Positions 26,710-39,766 of a DNA stretch of 64,000 nt are shown piece after piece. The notes beneath the pieces were generated by a model. It made no database searches. It was given only the letters and a program-made list of their open reading frames with translations, and had not been told where the DNA came from. Within the stretch, counting starts at the first letter, position 1, and each line of letters opens with the position of its first letter. Both the position numbers and the translations under genes were made by a program. The stretch comes from Azolla caroliniana (Eukaryota; Plantae; Polypodiophyta), in NCBI GenBank assembly GCA_043228905.1, contig JBHGNT010000012.1, forward strand, positions 19,034,001 to 19,098,000. Direction: 5' to 3'.

Positions 26710-26998
26710 AACAAATGGGCATGGTTCATAATGTTTACTTTTAAGAGCAACGATCTCATTGTGCAAGGATACATGTCTACTAGGAAACTCAATGGATCTG
26801 AACCATAGTAATGCTCAATGAATTCCCTCCATTATATGTCAATATTTGCTAACACTCGAACAAATTGGCATGGTCCGTAATGTTTACTTTTAAGAGCAAC
26901 AATCTCATTGTGCAAGGATACATGTCTACTAGGAAAATCAATGGATTTGAACCATAGTAATGCTCAATGAATTCCCCTCCATTATATGTCAATATTTG
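26710..26998. repeat. ~150-bp tandem duplication within a larger degenerate repeat array (25900-27500)
   Basis: AACAAAT.GGCATGG...TCCATTATATGTCAATATTTG at 26710-26848 and 26859-26998. Confidence 0.9.
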
Positions 26999-27699
26999 TA
27001 AACAGATCATTTCAACAAGGTTAGACAATGGTCTATTGGGTTGAGGTAAGATTATTATATTTTTGAATGACATAAGTCTTCAACAAGATAGTGACATGAG
27101 ATTTGTCCACATGACAAGTAAACGAACCTAATGCAATCTAATGGTCTTGTCTGTTTAAACAACTTGATGGTAAATGTAAAGAGCCAAAGGGCAATCCTCA
27201 ATTAAAAATTAAAAGACAAGCCAACTGAATATCTAGTTTCTACATGTTTAAACCCAAAGTTACAGAATACAAACATGTTGAAATAGCTCTTGCAACATAT
27301 TAGATTTGATTGGCTCTGATAATATGCCGTGCATTCTTTCATCTGTTGTTGCATGTTTTCTAAAAATAACCCAACAAGCAACCACCGAAAAGTGTTTGTG
27401 TGACCTATATTTAGCCTTTAAACTATTAGTACGTTACTCGCGACAAATTCTTTTGCAAGCAAATGTTGTGCCGCATCAAGATAGATTATCATGGTAAAAT
27501 AGGTTTGAATATAACCTTTAAATTGTTGAACCTAAGCAAACATTTTTGCAATCTAATAGTTTCGTGGTACATGAACATGGATTTTCCATTAGATTTTGTT
27601 TGAATGTAGCTTAACCGACTCTCAAACGATTTCTTTTCAACAAATCACATTCATTAAGAATAGGTCCACCAAGGATTCCAATGTGGCCTAACCATAAAG

Positions 27700-28700
27700 G
27701 GATAATTTTGTGTGTACATGATATGAAGGAACTTGGTCTTTGACAATAGAGAACATACCAAGAGTATCACAATTGTTTGTGACCGATGATTTAGTGCCAC
27801 CTTGGCATGGGCGAAGTTTCTCAAACGATTTTTTTTTTTGTCGTTGCCATATCACATCAATTAATCTTTGGCCTTTGGATCCTCCCAAGAGTGTCAACCC
27901 CCATCTAATGGGAGCCCAAAGAATGATTGATCAAAATGTCTCCATGCTTGCCATTGCTTCCCCGTGGGGTTCTCGCAAATTGCTTAAAATAATTTGTATG
28001 AGATGCATCTAGTATATATCTTATCTTCAACAATGTAAACAACTTTCTTGTATTCCTTTGTCAAATGATTTAAAACAACCTTGACACTATGCATTGAGTG
28101 GACAATCACATTTTTTACCAAGTGATGCCTTTCTTCTTGATCATCCCAAGTGCTATTGTAGAATTTATCTCCTTATGTTTCTTTCCCTTTATGCTCGAAA
28201 TACATTTTTCAATGAGATGTGCAATTGCATGACTTCCTTCAATTCAGCGAACTTTTTTACGATGTGCATGTTCTTGAACCTTGAATTTAGTATATTTCAA
28301 TGAATGGAAAGAAAGAAGTATAGTCAAGAAAAAACATAGAAACAAAGTTGTCAAGAAACACAAGCTTTGCTCGAAAATAACAATTACATAAAGCAAAGAC
28401 AAATGCAAACCATTCAAAAAGCAGAAAGAAATTATGGACCACCTCTTCAACAAGAAATTAATAATATTGTGCACAAGTGAATTTCTACCTCCTACACGTG
28501 ATGCACCCACATGTTTATCCATGGCCAATAGAATTAGGTGTAGACTAGTCATGGCATCTTTAGGCTGCAAAATAGCTTTTCAAAATAGCACATCCATTCT
28601 GCTATGCCATGACCATGTGAAAAGCACTACAATGTGCTTTTCTTAACCACGATATAGCATTACAATAAAGTTGATATGTAATAACATTAATGCAAGAGTT
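27700..28700 (-). mobile_element. Possible highly decayed MULE/FAR1-type transposase remnant
   Basis: Minus-strand peptide SRRKASLGKKCDCP (~28140-28095) resembles the FAR1 WRKY/GCM1-like domain. Many stops; weak support. Confidence 0.25.
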
Positions 28701-29295
28701 CACGAGTGTTGCAACATCGACCATACCTTCCATTTCACAATATCGTCATCTCAAGCTGAAAATTGACAAGAAACACATCTATAAGTCGGAAGCTTGGAGA
28801 AAAGTTGCACAAAAGGGCATGGAAAATGTTCTTATATATCAAATGATTCATTTGCACTAAATAGTCTAGTTTCAAAGCCAATACCGGATTTCTACACCAT
28901 TCCATTTTCAATGGGCCAAAATCCATGTTTCTCAATTCCATGGGTGGTTTAACCATCTAAATTTCATATTTACATACATAAAAGAGATCAGGATCAAATG
29001 CATGTAACATATCCATTGCATAGCAAAACAATGGTTACAAAGTGATCTCATCTCTTTTGCAATGAATAAATGAGCCATGCGATCAGTCTCCTAGCATAAT
29101 CTTGAGTACTTCCAAGTCTACCACCCAAAAGCTGATGCCAATAACAGTTTCTCTTCAATCAAGAATTTGGATCAAACACTGATGTCTCAGATGTATCATG
29201 TTCTATATATGCTTTGAGTCAACAAGTGAAAGCACAAAAGTGCCCAAAAGAAAACACATCTGATATAAACATATTTTATGCCTAGGCTGGCTCAT

Positions 29296-30831
29296 TCATT
29301 CCTTGAACATCGCTCTCAATTGTTGCCTCATGGCCGATAACTCAGTCTCTTTTAGATCGAGCTGCTCTCGTAGATTATCATTCTCCACAAGAAACTCGGC
29401 TACTTCAGCCTCCTTCCGCCGCTTTCCACTTTCCAAGGTTACCACGTGAGCACTTAACCTGTCATAGCATCTGATTATGTCAAAACAGCAATAAATTATA
29501 AAAGAAACCATGCTATATGATGATTCAGTGGAAGCAATACAAAAAGAACATCTACTATGGATAATTTCCTGTAAGCTCAACATGATTATCTTTCTAGCTT
29601 TACCTTACTCTTCATAGCTACATTTCGGACCTCACAATTACGACTATTAAACCTTCCCGATCTTCATGGAGAACTTGGGTAGATGTACAAGTGGACCCTC
29701 ACTCTTCATACCTACATCTCAGAGCCCACTATGAAGACTAGCAAACCTTCATGACCTTGACTGAGAACATGGTTGACATTGTAATTGATTTAAAGAAATT
29801 TACAAAAAAATGATCAGCAAAGTAGATGGCTAATATAATCACCTTCATGGAGGCCCATAAAATAGGCGAATCTGAATCCATAACCTTAAATTTGAGTCCT
29901 AATCAAGGCCATACGGATGTGCACAAAACCAATGAAACTTTATGACAACTAACTTTAAAGCATACCTTTCGGAAATTCCTTCCATCTCTTGGACTCGCTT
30001 CTCAAGCGTAACAATTGTCTCTCGAGCCGTGACAAGGTTCTCAATACTCGACCTCAACATTCCAAAATCATGCCTCACTTTTGAGAGCTCTTGTTCATTT
30101 TCCGCTGCACGTTGCCGCTGCCTCGATGTCTCATGTTCCATATCCTCTAACTTCACTTGCATCTCTTTCAGAACACTACTGGTGCCAATGGCCACTTTCT
30201 CCATCTCTTGCACTCTAGTCCACATACCTTCGAGTTGTAATGCCTTGTATTTCACCTCAGCCTGGCTAGCTTTTGCCTTCTCTCTCTCGTTATCCATATC
30301 CGTCTCGGCAATTATTGCCCTTTTCAATAGTAGCTCCATAATGTCAGTCACATGCATAACACTCCTTGCAATTCGCTCTATGTACTCCCCTTCAGAAAAT
30401 TCACTGGTCTCATATTGTGATCCAAGAGGAGGGTCTAAAGCAGAAGTCTCCTGTTCTATGAAGGTCGGCTTCATATTCTTTCTCCACTCTGTTATAGGAA
30501 CTCCTTTTTTGTCAACAAAACCCACTCCTTCTTGGTGCCTAATACCACACGATGTGTGCGCAAATCGAGGAATAGCCATAATTCTCGCTTTTGATTTCAA
30601 GTATGAGAGGAGGGTATCGGCCGTTTTCACACGCCGCCGGAGAATATCAACTTCCTTTCTATCATTGTTGTCAGCCGCAGACACCGAGGCTTTTAGTTCT
30701 AGCAACTCAGACTCGAGACGAGCCTCTCTGACTAATCCTCTCAACACATCTTGTTGCCATAACTTCTCTAGTTGCTCCACCCGAGATTGTAATGCCTCAG
30801 TGTCACTCTTTTCACTGCTTGCGGCCTCCAT
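29296..30831 (-). CDS. Conserved plant coiled-coil ('myosin heavy chain-like') protein, 2 coding exons
   Basis: Exons 30831-29966 and 29458-29296 (GT-AG, phase 2). Motif RRVKTADTLLSYLKSKARIMAIP..AHTSCGI...EGVGFVDK; long heptad-rich region; C-terminal KEAEV..FL.EN..L...LD.KE..L.AM. A 5'UTR exon may lie near 34450-34620. Confidence 0.85.
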
Positions 30832-31729
30832 ATCGAGTCAATGTTTTTGCACCTTCAAGGTAGACCCTTTAGTACCTTCAGAGTATATCTTTTGTTACTA
30901 TCAGCATGTTCAAAAAATCTAATAGTAGCATCTTTAATTCAAACCTTAATTTAGTAATAACATCTTCAACGTTGAAAAAAATTGAAGGGGGCAATTTTCA
31001 ACATTTTTAATAAAAGAACATAGAAGGGGGAAAGAGTTAGTATTTTACTCCATTCAACTTTCACTAATAATATTCTTATATGCATTCAGTAATAAGTATG
31101 CATGTGACAAGGTAACAATGACAAATTGATAATAAATGGAAAGCATTTAGAGGCCACGTGTAGAAAGAAAATTCTAATGATTTAATGTACAGAGCTTCAA
31201 ATTGCAATCCATTTCACCCAAAAGATGTCAAATATTGCCACTCTATCAGCCGTGTGAAGCTCATGTTTTGTGACAAGTGTTTTTTTATGGCATTCAAGCT
31301 ATCATAGCTGAAGCCAAAAACAATACTGAATGGTAAGCCAATCCCCATTATGTATAAGAATTACACAGGCAAGTTTGAAACCATTAGCCAAAGATTCAGA
31401 ATGAACTGAATGGATTGACAATATCGGAACTTCCCCATTTATAGTAGCTCTTAGTTCTATGCAAGGTCTCTACTTGGCTACATTGCATGTTTGCAACTTG
31501 ACCATCAAATGAATTGCTACAATAGTTATTGTGAGTACAATGACAAAACTGTTGACTAAGGTAATGTGATAATGACTATCATGAATATAACAATAGCCTA
31601 CTAACTAAAGTCTAGGGCATGCACTAACATTGCCACAGATTCAAAACCCCCCTTTCCATGTCACAATGAGCAAATTGGTACTCGGCACTGACAGTAAAAT
31701 TTGCTAAGAGAGCTACTTCAATTACAATC

Positions 31730-32020
31730 TGCAATCAGCTTGGGTGCAGCTTGAGCATAGTGGAAATGGTGAGTGAGCTCGTCTTGAATCTCTTGGAATT
31801 GAATTAGAGGATCTTCAATAGCAAGATTGCTACCTTGGATGAAACTTGAACATTGCAGATATAGTAAAAGAGCTCGGATTGAATCTCTTGGCGATGATTA
31901 GATGATCTTCAATAGCATGATTGCTAAGGTAGGTGCAGCTTGAGCATAATGGAAATGGTGAGAGAGCTCGACTTGAAAATCTTGGAGTTGAATTAGATGA
32001 TGCTCAGTAGCAAGATTCCA
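31730..32020. repeat. Degenerate direct repeats, probably a retroelement remnant
   Basis: GGTGCAGCTTGAGCATA.TGGAAATGGTGAG.GAGCTCG.CTTGAA..TCTTGGA.TTGAATTAGA.GAT at 31743 and 31932, with a partial unit between them. Confidence 0.7.
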
Positions 32021-35000
32021 AGAGCTTTTTGGATGTTCAAGCATCGCCCAGCGAGGATGAGTTCCTGTGTTTGTCAAGAATGGTGTGTTTGATAAAAGAA
32101 CATGTTGAATTATTGTAAGCAAAAAAATCCGAAAAATGCAAGAAGTCAACCCAATCATCTTGCTGGTAGTTGATGAAACAACAAAGTTACTGCTCTGAAG
32201 TCTTATTCATATGCTCACTTTTGCCATCGCTCTACATATGAAAGCTTGAAGATGGCTTGCAAGAAATTCTGTGTAGCTTGAGCAAGTGCTTCAGCAATTT
32301 GAGCTGTGTTGGCTCTCGATAATTGAAATGTCATCGGACAAAACATGATGCCTGAATACTTCTCACATAACCAGATCTACTATCTTCTTATTATCAATAG
32401 TCTTAGTGCATGGAAAAAATGTATCATCTTAGTGAATTGATCCATCACTATGAGAATGGCATCAAAATGTTTGGAAGACAAAAGATCCGATGAGATGGAT
32501 TTCCACAGACCCTATAGAACCAGTTATTGTCACACTAATACACACAATGTCAAGGTATCTATAACACCATCATACATCACAAATGTGAACAATCTTCCAC
32601 AAAAATACAAAGTTGAAATGTCCAATACCTCCAAGATCCAGCTCTAAAATCTTGTAGAATCCAAAATGTCCAACCATGTATGTGTCACAGCAATACTATG
32701 AGATCCGAAGACAAGAACCAACATTCAAAAGATAGAGCTACCCATCATGCCTATTTAATGGATCATAATTTGTAGGAGAGTATCTAGATCTCAAGCAAGA
32801 AGTACATTTTAGAATAGTAGGATCTGAGACATCTTACATTTATACATAGATTTGTACGGGCAGAATCAAGGATGCTCAAATCTGTAGGTGCGTCGAACTA
32901 ATTTTGCTACCATAAGCCTTATACAATCAAAACCTAGGCAGACTTGCTTCAGACAGTACAAAGCAAGCACTCATGTCCTAAATATAGAGTGGCTATTATG
33001 CATTGTTGCACCCAACAGCATTCTCATTGATTCAAGACTCGGGCATTGTAGAAACATTTGAGGTTCCTGCAGTTATTATAGACAACAATTTGGTGGGGAG
33101 AAAACTCCAAGAAGTAATATCACAACATAAAAGAATCCACAATGGCCAAACATTCTTTGAAATCTCATAATTGATTTCTTCAGTATCAATTTTTTGCAAA
33201 TGAAAAGGTATTGGATGTAGTTTCCCAGTGCCTCTAATTTGCCATAAGTCACTTCTGAGTGCAAAATTAGACGCAGTAACTTCCATAAAGAAAGGCTCGG
33301 AAAGGTCAAAATGGGCGAAAATGGGAGCATATGTAAAATTTTGCTTTAAACTATCGAGTCCCTTGGTTGCTTTTGAGGTCTATATAGAAAATTGGTTCTT
33401 CAATGTAAGTTATATGAGAGGCATCATGATCTTCAAATAATTCTTGATGAGCTTGCCACAGAATTTTACAACGCCCAGGAAACATTGAACATTGCACACA
33501 TAATGTGGTGTCTGCAAATCTACAACCATTTTAACTTTCGCTTTAAACCAATACCCTCTTTACCAATAGTTTGGACTCCAACTTTTGTCCGTTGTCGGAC
33601 ATGGTTGCTAACACTACAAATATAGCAATGGAGGACATGTGGTTTATAAATTATACCAATCATATGATATTTGAATGGATTGTATAAAATGGAAGAAATC
33701 AAATGGGTCCAATATATACCATATGATTAGGGACATCTCTATGTGAAATCATGAAAAACAAAAAAAAAACAAAAAGTAGCAATTGCATCATATATATAAT
33801 GGCTTAAATGAAATGAACAAGATTTGAATCAACTTGACATAATAGAATTTTAATTTAAGTAGCAATCATATGATATTAGGCTAGATTGAATGAAATTGAA
33901 AAATACATGTGCTCATCAAGATCGAATCCACAATTGGCTACATGATTAATTCGAAATAATTGGAAGTTCTCTCTTTATGAGGCTTCAGGGGGGGGTCTTG
34001 AACAGCAAGAAAGAGTGCAGTGAAAGGCATATGCTATCACAACATATTCAAATGGATTGAATGGCATGGGCAAATATTCAGGGGCACATCGAGATTTAGT
34101 GTTCATATTTTCCCACGTTATCCATGTGAGCAAAATAAAATCTCGTCAGCATGCTTCTTTAAAGCAGAGAGGTGCGGGACTTCTCAGTAAAAGCAATGGG
34201 AAATGCTAGATGGATCAGTAATCCAAATTAATAGCCTTTTGGGCTACAAATGAAGCCTAGTGTCTTTGAAATGTTATCAAAGAATCCTCAAGATTGCAAG
34301 CAAAACCGTAAGAATGTGTAATTATAATATTAACCGTGTGTAGATAATTTTGAATAGTTCCATAGCCAAATATTTAGAGACATATAGCGCCATGAAAGAA
34401 GAGGCAATCAGAATCGAAGGTTAATGGATTGGCTAAAAGATGTGCAGACAAACCTGAATCAAATCGAAGTAGGAGAAGATGGATGGATGGATGGATGGGG
34501 TGCAGAGACAATGAACCAAGGCACAGAGGAGATTCAACCGCATATATCCATTCTCTTGCATCTGAAGGTCGAAAAGCCACCGTCTAGAAACAGAGAGAAG
34601 GGGGAAAGAAGACGACCCTTTTCACACTTGACCTAATTACTTCCTCTAATCCTTCCTTAATTAACACTAATCACATTTTAACTTCTCCTAATTATTCCTC
34701 TGCTATATATTATTAAGTAAACCCACCCAGGTTGTGTCTTTATCGCCTTCCGGCCGGCCATTCGATGTGTCCAGCCGTCGAGAGCCTCTTGGGACAAAAA
34801 GCTTGTCACACCATGTTTTTTTCGATATACCTTGTATGCCCAAATTGCTTGGATGGGCGGTCTATTTGTGTCTTATTGTTGCCTCGAACATGTGTTGTGT
34901 CGTGTCAGACCTTTGTGAGAATATGGTTTGCCCCGTGTCTGACCTTTGTTCCTGGGATCGAAGAGGTCTAGAGAATATGTTCATGTTATATCAAGACATT

Positions 35001-36030
35001 CCCTTTCTATCTTCTGTAAAAGCCAGCCTATCGAAATTTGGTTATGCCTATCTATCCCGACATTTTAGTTCTAATTGTAGATTTATTAAGCATTACCATG
35101 TATATGGAACCTATTAGTTTAGAAAATGATTTTGTAGGCCACGCCCTTTACATTTAGTCGTGTTTTAAAAAAGAGATGTCTAATTGGGAGATATATTTGT
35201 GCTCCTTTGAGGAGTTTCATGTGAGAGACACAGATATTTGTCAACTGTCCAATCAACGAAGCTACTATAGTTAGTTAATACACCACAGTGCCTGAAACTC
35301 AAGATGTTCCAAATTCGCAACAAAATGGATCCTTTGCTAAGAAGATTAATCTCGATTTCTCTTGAGCGGTGGGTATATTATTGACATTCATGGAAAACCA
35401 AGGGCAATGGTAGAAAAGGACGAGAGACCAACAAATTTTATTTTTTTGAAAAGATATCCATTCATTAGTATAAACAATTTACAAAGTTTTAATTCCTAAG
35501 TGATCGGGGGAAGGAAGATCCAGCTTGGTGGTTGAAAGTGCCAACAAGGAGTGCCATTGTTCGAGGACATAAGTGGAGTAGCTTTCCACAAAGTAAGAAA
35601 CCGATGGCATTGAGCAGCTTTATCGTCAGAATCTCCACTAATACAATCCCATTGACCCTTCAAAGTATGAACCATGTCCAACCAAATATTATTTACCAAT
35701 TCAGTCGGTGAGGCTCTAACTTGATGACAAATGAGAGAGCATTGAGCCTTCCGGATGTTATATGTAGTAATACTACTCAATATCTCCCATAATGGCGACA
35801 CCTCCTTCCTTATCCCTAAAAACTGCAAAGACACAAATGAAGTACACTAACACTTCTAGAGTTAGTGTGAAAACCATGGTCCATAGATTCCCCATTGTAA
35901 TGGAAAATAGAGCGGATAAGCAATGTCCAAACCACCATTCCCCATGTGAATACCGATGGGGGAAAGTAGTTACCAAATATTCTAAGGAGGCATTGCCATA
36001 CCAGTTGAGATTCCATGCAATCCCATAGAT

Positions 36031-36960
36031 TGTTACAGGCATGACCATAAATTATCCCATAGTAAGTTTGTACAGTAGTATTCTATACACGTGGATAAAG
36101 TGTGAGGGTTAAACGAGAGTGTAAAGAATGGAGGATTACTTTTAATCCTAGGAATTGAGACAACCCATAAGGGCCAAGTATGAACTTGCCTGGTGACGTT
36201 AGGTGTGGCTAACAATTAGCAATGGTTCGGTTCGGTTTGAGAGGGTCAAAAGCGAACAATTTAAATTTTTTTAAACCTGAACCGAACCGAACCATGAAAC
36301 CGTTAAACCGATCCGTTAAACATTTTTCAAACCATTAAAACCGCAGTTTCGTGGTTCGGTTTCGGTTTTCAACTTAGGTCAAATTTTAATTTTTAAAATT
36401 TATAATATTTCATTATTTTAAATTTTTAAAATTTTAAAGATGTCCCTAAAATGTGAGAATAAGGTCTAAAAATGAAAAGATTGTTTAAAAACAATTTTAA
36501 AAATAATAATAAATAAACAACTATTAAATCGTTTAAACCGCGGTTTCTAATTGTTGAAACCGAACCGAGCCGTTTTACAAAACCTAAACCTGAACCGAAT
36601 TGTTGAAACCATTAAGCCATTAAGCCACGGTTTCACGGTTTGGTTCAGTTCAAACCGAACCGTTGCTGATTGTTAGGTGTGGCTATAAATATGAGGCCTA
36701 ACTACCCTCATTAGACACATCATTCGACTACGTCGAGACTTTGATCTTGTGGTGATCAAACTCTTGTAGTGAGTGCGCCAATACCAAGTACGACTTGATG
36801 CCAAGGCGGTGGTATGGGACGACAATCAAAGCTTGAGTTCGTCTCGATCCCTTTGCTCGGGGGTGGTTAGGGGGATCAATGCCCTTCTTTCTCCCACCTT
36901 TCTTATCTATCCATCAATTATTTCCTTGTCATATGCTTACATTAGGATTAAGCTCTAACA
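36031..36960 (+). mobile_element. Solo LTR inserted in the LINE
   Basis: TGTTA...TAACA ends; 5-bp TSD TAGAT/TAGAC; TATAAAT at ~36684. The LINE sequence rejoins across it and matches the sister copy at ~47970-48030. Confidence 0.75.
36210..36675. mobile_element. hAT-type MITE with 8-bp TSD GGTGTGGC
   Basis: TIR TAACAATTAGCAATGGTTCGGTT / AACCGAACCGTTGCTGATTGTTA; perfect TSD at 36202-36209 and 36676-36683. Confidence 0.9.
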
Positions 36961-37084
36961 TAGACTATGCTTTTGAGTTTTAGCTTGTAAATGACAATGA
37001 GCACAACTAGAGGATACACCCATCTTATGCAGCCATGTACCAACATGCAAGACTCGATACACAAGTAACCATATTGCATGACGT

Positions 37085-37830
37085 TGTCGCGATAGTCCGC
37101 GAGCGTGTGTAGGATCCAAGGCGGGACCGCAAGGGTCTTGAACTAGGGAGTTGAGGAGAAGGAATAAGACATGAAAGGGAAGCTTAGCTCAAGAGGAGAG
37201 GAGAATGAATATGACATGAAGATCGAACAAGAGATCAATGGAGGCAAAATACTCATTGAAAAGTTATATTAAGAAAACACAAACGAATACAACCATGGCG
37301 GCATAGGCCAAAACCCAACGACTATAAGAAACCCTAACCGGATAAGTAAAGTAAAGAAGATGAATAAGGAAACCCTAAGTGAAACCCTAACCCTAAACCG
37401 AAATGGGAAGAAGAAGAACCCTAGAACTATGTGGTATACCTTTCACACTAAAAAATAGGCAACCCCCTCACAAGTAACCCCTCACTCCCTTTTATAGTAG
37501 TAAGGGGTGAGCACATTACAAGAGGGAGTCAAATCCCCTTTCACTTAATGGGGAATATCTCCCTTGATCTTAAATCGGTGGGCCTTGACTCTCTCTCTCT
37601 CATATCACTCTCAATGCCCACTACTCATTCTACTCTACAAAGTGCACATCATGTTTATGCCTCTACGAACTTCGTGGTGCACCTTTAGCACCTTAGATTA
37701 TTACCCTTCCCATTACATTTTGTTTACTTATTCTTATTACACAAATTTACAAGTGCATGTGCAATGTTGCACTTCCCCATTTGATTTGTCCTTCCCGGCT
37801 TTCTCACCGTAGCCGGAAATCTTCACGACA
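37085..37830 (-). mobile_element. Solo-LTR-like insert B (TGTCGCG...CACGACA, 4-bp TSD ACGT)
   Basis: ACGT at 37081-37084 and 37831-37834; minus-strand CTATAAAAGGG at ~37487-37497; both ends resemble insert C. Confidence 0.75.
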
Positions 37831-39182
37831 ACGTATTAAGTAATGCCCTTTTGACTCTAGTATTGAAATGTAGTCGGTAACACATCCCATCTATTTGACA
37901 AAACATGTCTTCCCAACCGTACAAAATATTGGAAAAAGTTAAAGTTGTGACCAGTAAATAGATTTGTCCACTAATTGTTAGCTAGGTCCCATGCTAATCT
38001 AACTAAACAAAGGTTGTTTACCCGCCACCCATAACTCCGAATGTGACCTTATGCCCTCTATCGGTGGGTCAATATTATCATTTGTGATTGGCATATCCTA
38101 TTGCCCTTATCTTGTGCTCCATAACATAAGGATAACCGATTACCATTTCCAGTGATTAAGATAATTGGTTTGCGTTATCCACATAAAAAAGACGGAAGGT
38201 CTTATCCTCTAAATACCCCTTTACAGTCAATAGTACTTCCAATCTAGTAAAAATACCTACCCATCTATGGTAAGAGCTAGTAGGTGGTATGGTGGCTCTA
38301 TTCATAGCTTCCTAAATTTGATGATGCATTAGTTGTCCTTCATGCATCCTATCCAACACTTGTTTTTATTTCGCCCAAGAGCGCGATAAAAAAACCTGCC
38401 AGGTCTTGACTAAGTTAGCATGACCTTCTACCAAATTTCCCCATGCCAACCATTGTTTAGAACCCAACATTAATCCATTTGATGTTGTAAACAACGAGTT
38501 CCATACTAACCTTTGTCTCAAATACTCATCATAAAGAGTAGGTTTGGGTTTATTGTGGAGCAAACCAAGTGAGACTTGTTTCCATGAAAAAAAATAGTTT
38601 GAATAAATTTTTCCTCTCATCCATGGGATGAAGGTACTCTGAAATTTTCCCTAAATATCCAATTGACATCCATTTGACTATGGTGCACCTAAGAAAGGAA
38701 AACATTCTGAACAACGATTGAGAAACAATACTTTTTCTATATCTCTTGCCCCGTAGTAAATCCTCTAATAATCAACTTAGTTAACAATGCTCTTGACTAC
38801 TCTACTGGATCAATAAAACCTAGTCCTCCTTTAGAACGAGGTATGGTAATAACATCCCATTTTACTTTAGATCGAGCACGACCCTCTATATTTCCAAATT
38901 AATCTCCGTATTTGTAAGATGCATGACTTGGAAAAGATCCAACAAGACAAAACATACAATATTGTTGCCAACAATACTTGGCAACTACAATTCATCTAGC
39001 GAAAGACAACTTGGCTGAACTCCATAATAACAACTTTTTTCGTAACGTCAGTAAGAGGGGTGCCACTTAATTTTCTGTGGAAAACTAATTACCTATTGTA
39101 CATCCTAGATATTGAGTTGGGGTACCAATAGACCAACAAATTTTACTCATATGTCCTTCATGTTCTTCTTTTCCATAACCCT

Positions 39183-39766
39183 TAGTAATTGACAACATTG
39201 AACCAAACCACGAAAACGTGGCTTAATGGTTTAAACAACTCGATTCAGGTTCAGGTTGTTGTAAACGGTTTAGTTTTGGTTTGGTTGGTTTGGGGGTTTA
39301 ACGGTTCAGTTCAAGCCTTTATCGGTTTAACCTTTTTTAGTTTAAACGGTTTGAAACCGTAGTTTAAACGATTCAAACGGTTTGATGGTTTAGAATTGAC
39401 ATTAGATAATTTTCTTAAATATGTTTTTGAACATTTTAAGCCTAAACTTGATATTTTAAGTAAATTTTGAAAAATTATAATTTGAAATATTAAAAATTAA
39501 AAAGTTTTAAAATTAAAATGTGAAAATTTGAATTTTGACCTAAGTTGAAAGCAAAACTAAACCGTGAAATTTTGGTTTTATTGGTTAACACTTTAAAGGT
39601 TTGAAAGTCTCTAAAACTGTTTGGTTTGAGCTTGATTTTTTTGGTTAAAACAATTTCATGATTTTTGGTTTGGTTTGGTTTGGTTTGGTTTGGTTTGGTT
39701 TAATGTTCAATTTTCTTTGAACGGTTTGAGTTTGACATTCTTGAACCGAACCATTGTTGATTGCTA
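39183..39766. mobile_element. hAT-type MITE (older copy of the same family)
   Basis: TAGTAATTGACAA...TTGTTGATTGCTA ends; flanks ATAACCCT/ATAATCTT (6 of 8 match); GGTTT/CGGTT repeats. Confidence 0.75.

Larger units (their letters stand above)
35436..39130 (-). mobile_element. Decayed L1/Tx1-like LINE (3' half) carrying nested insertions
   Basis: A-rich tail at ~35436-35450; ORF2 end NIWLDMVHTLKGQWD...WHFQPPSWIFLPPIT*; RT-thumb remnants (TQYLGCTIG, KLSFAR, RSKGGLG) at 38820-39125. Confidence 0.8.

Noticed and set aside
29942-30922. 326-aa plus-strand ORF
   Set aside because: Antisense shadow of the coiled-coil exon; Ser-rich with no recognisable domain.
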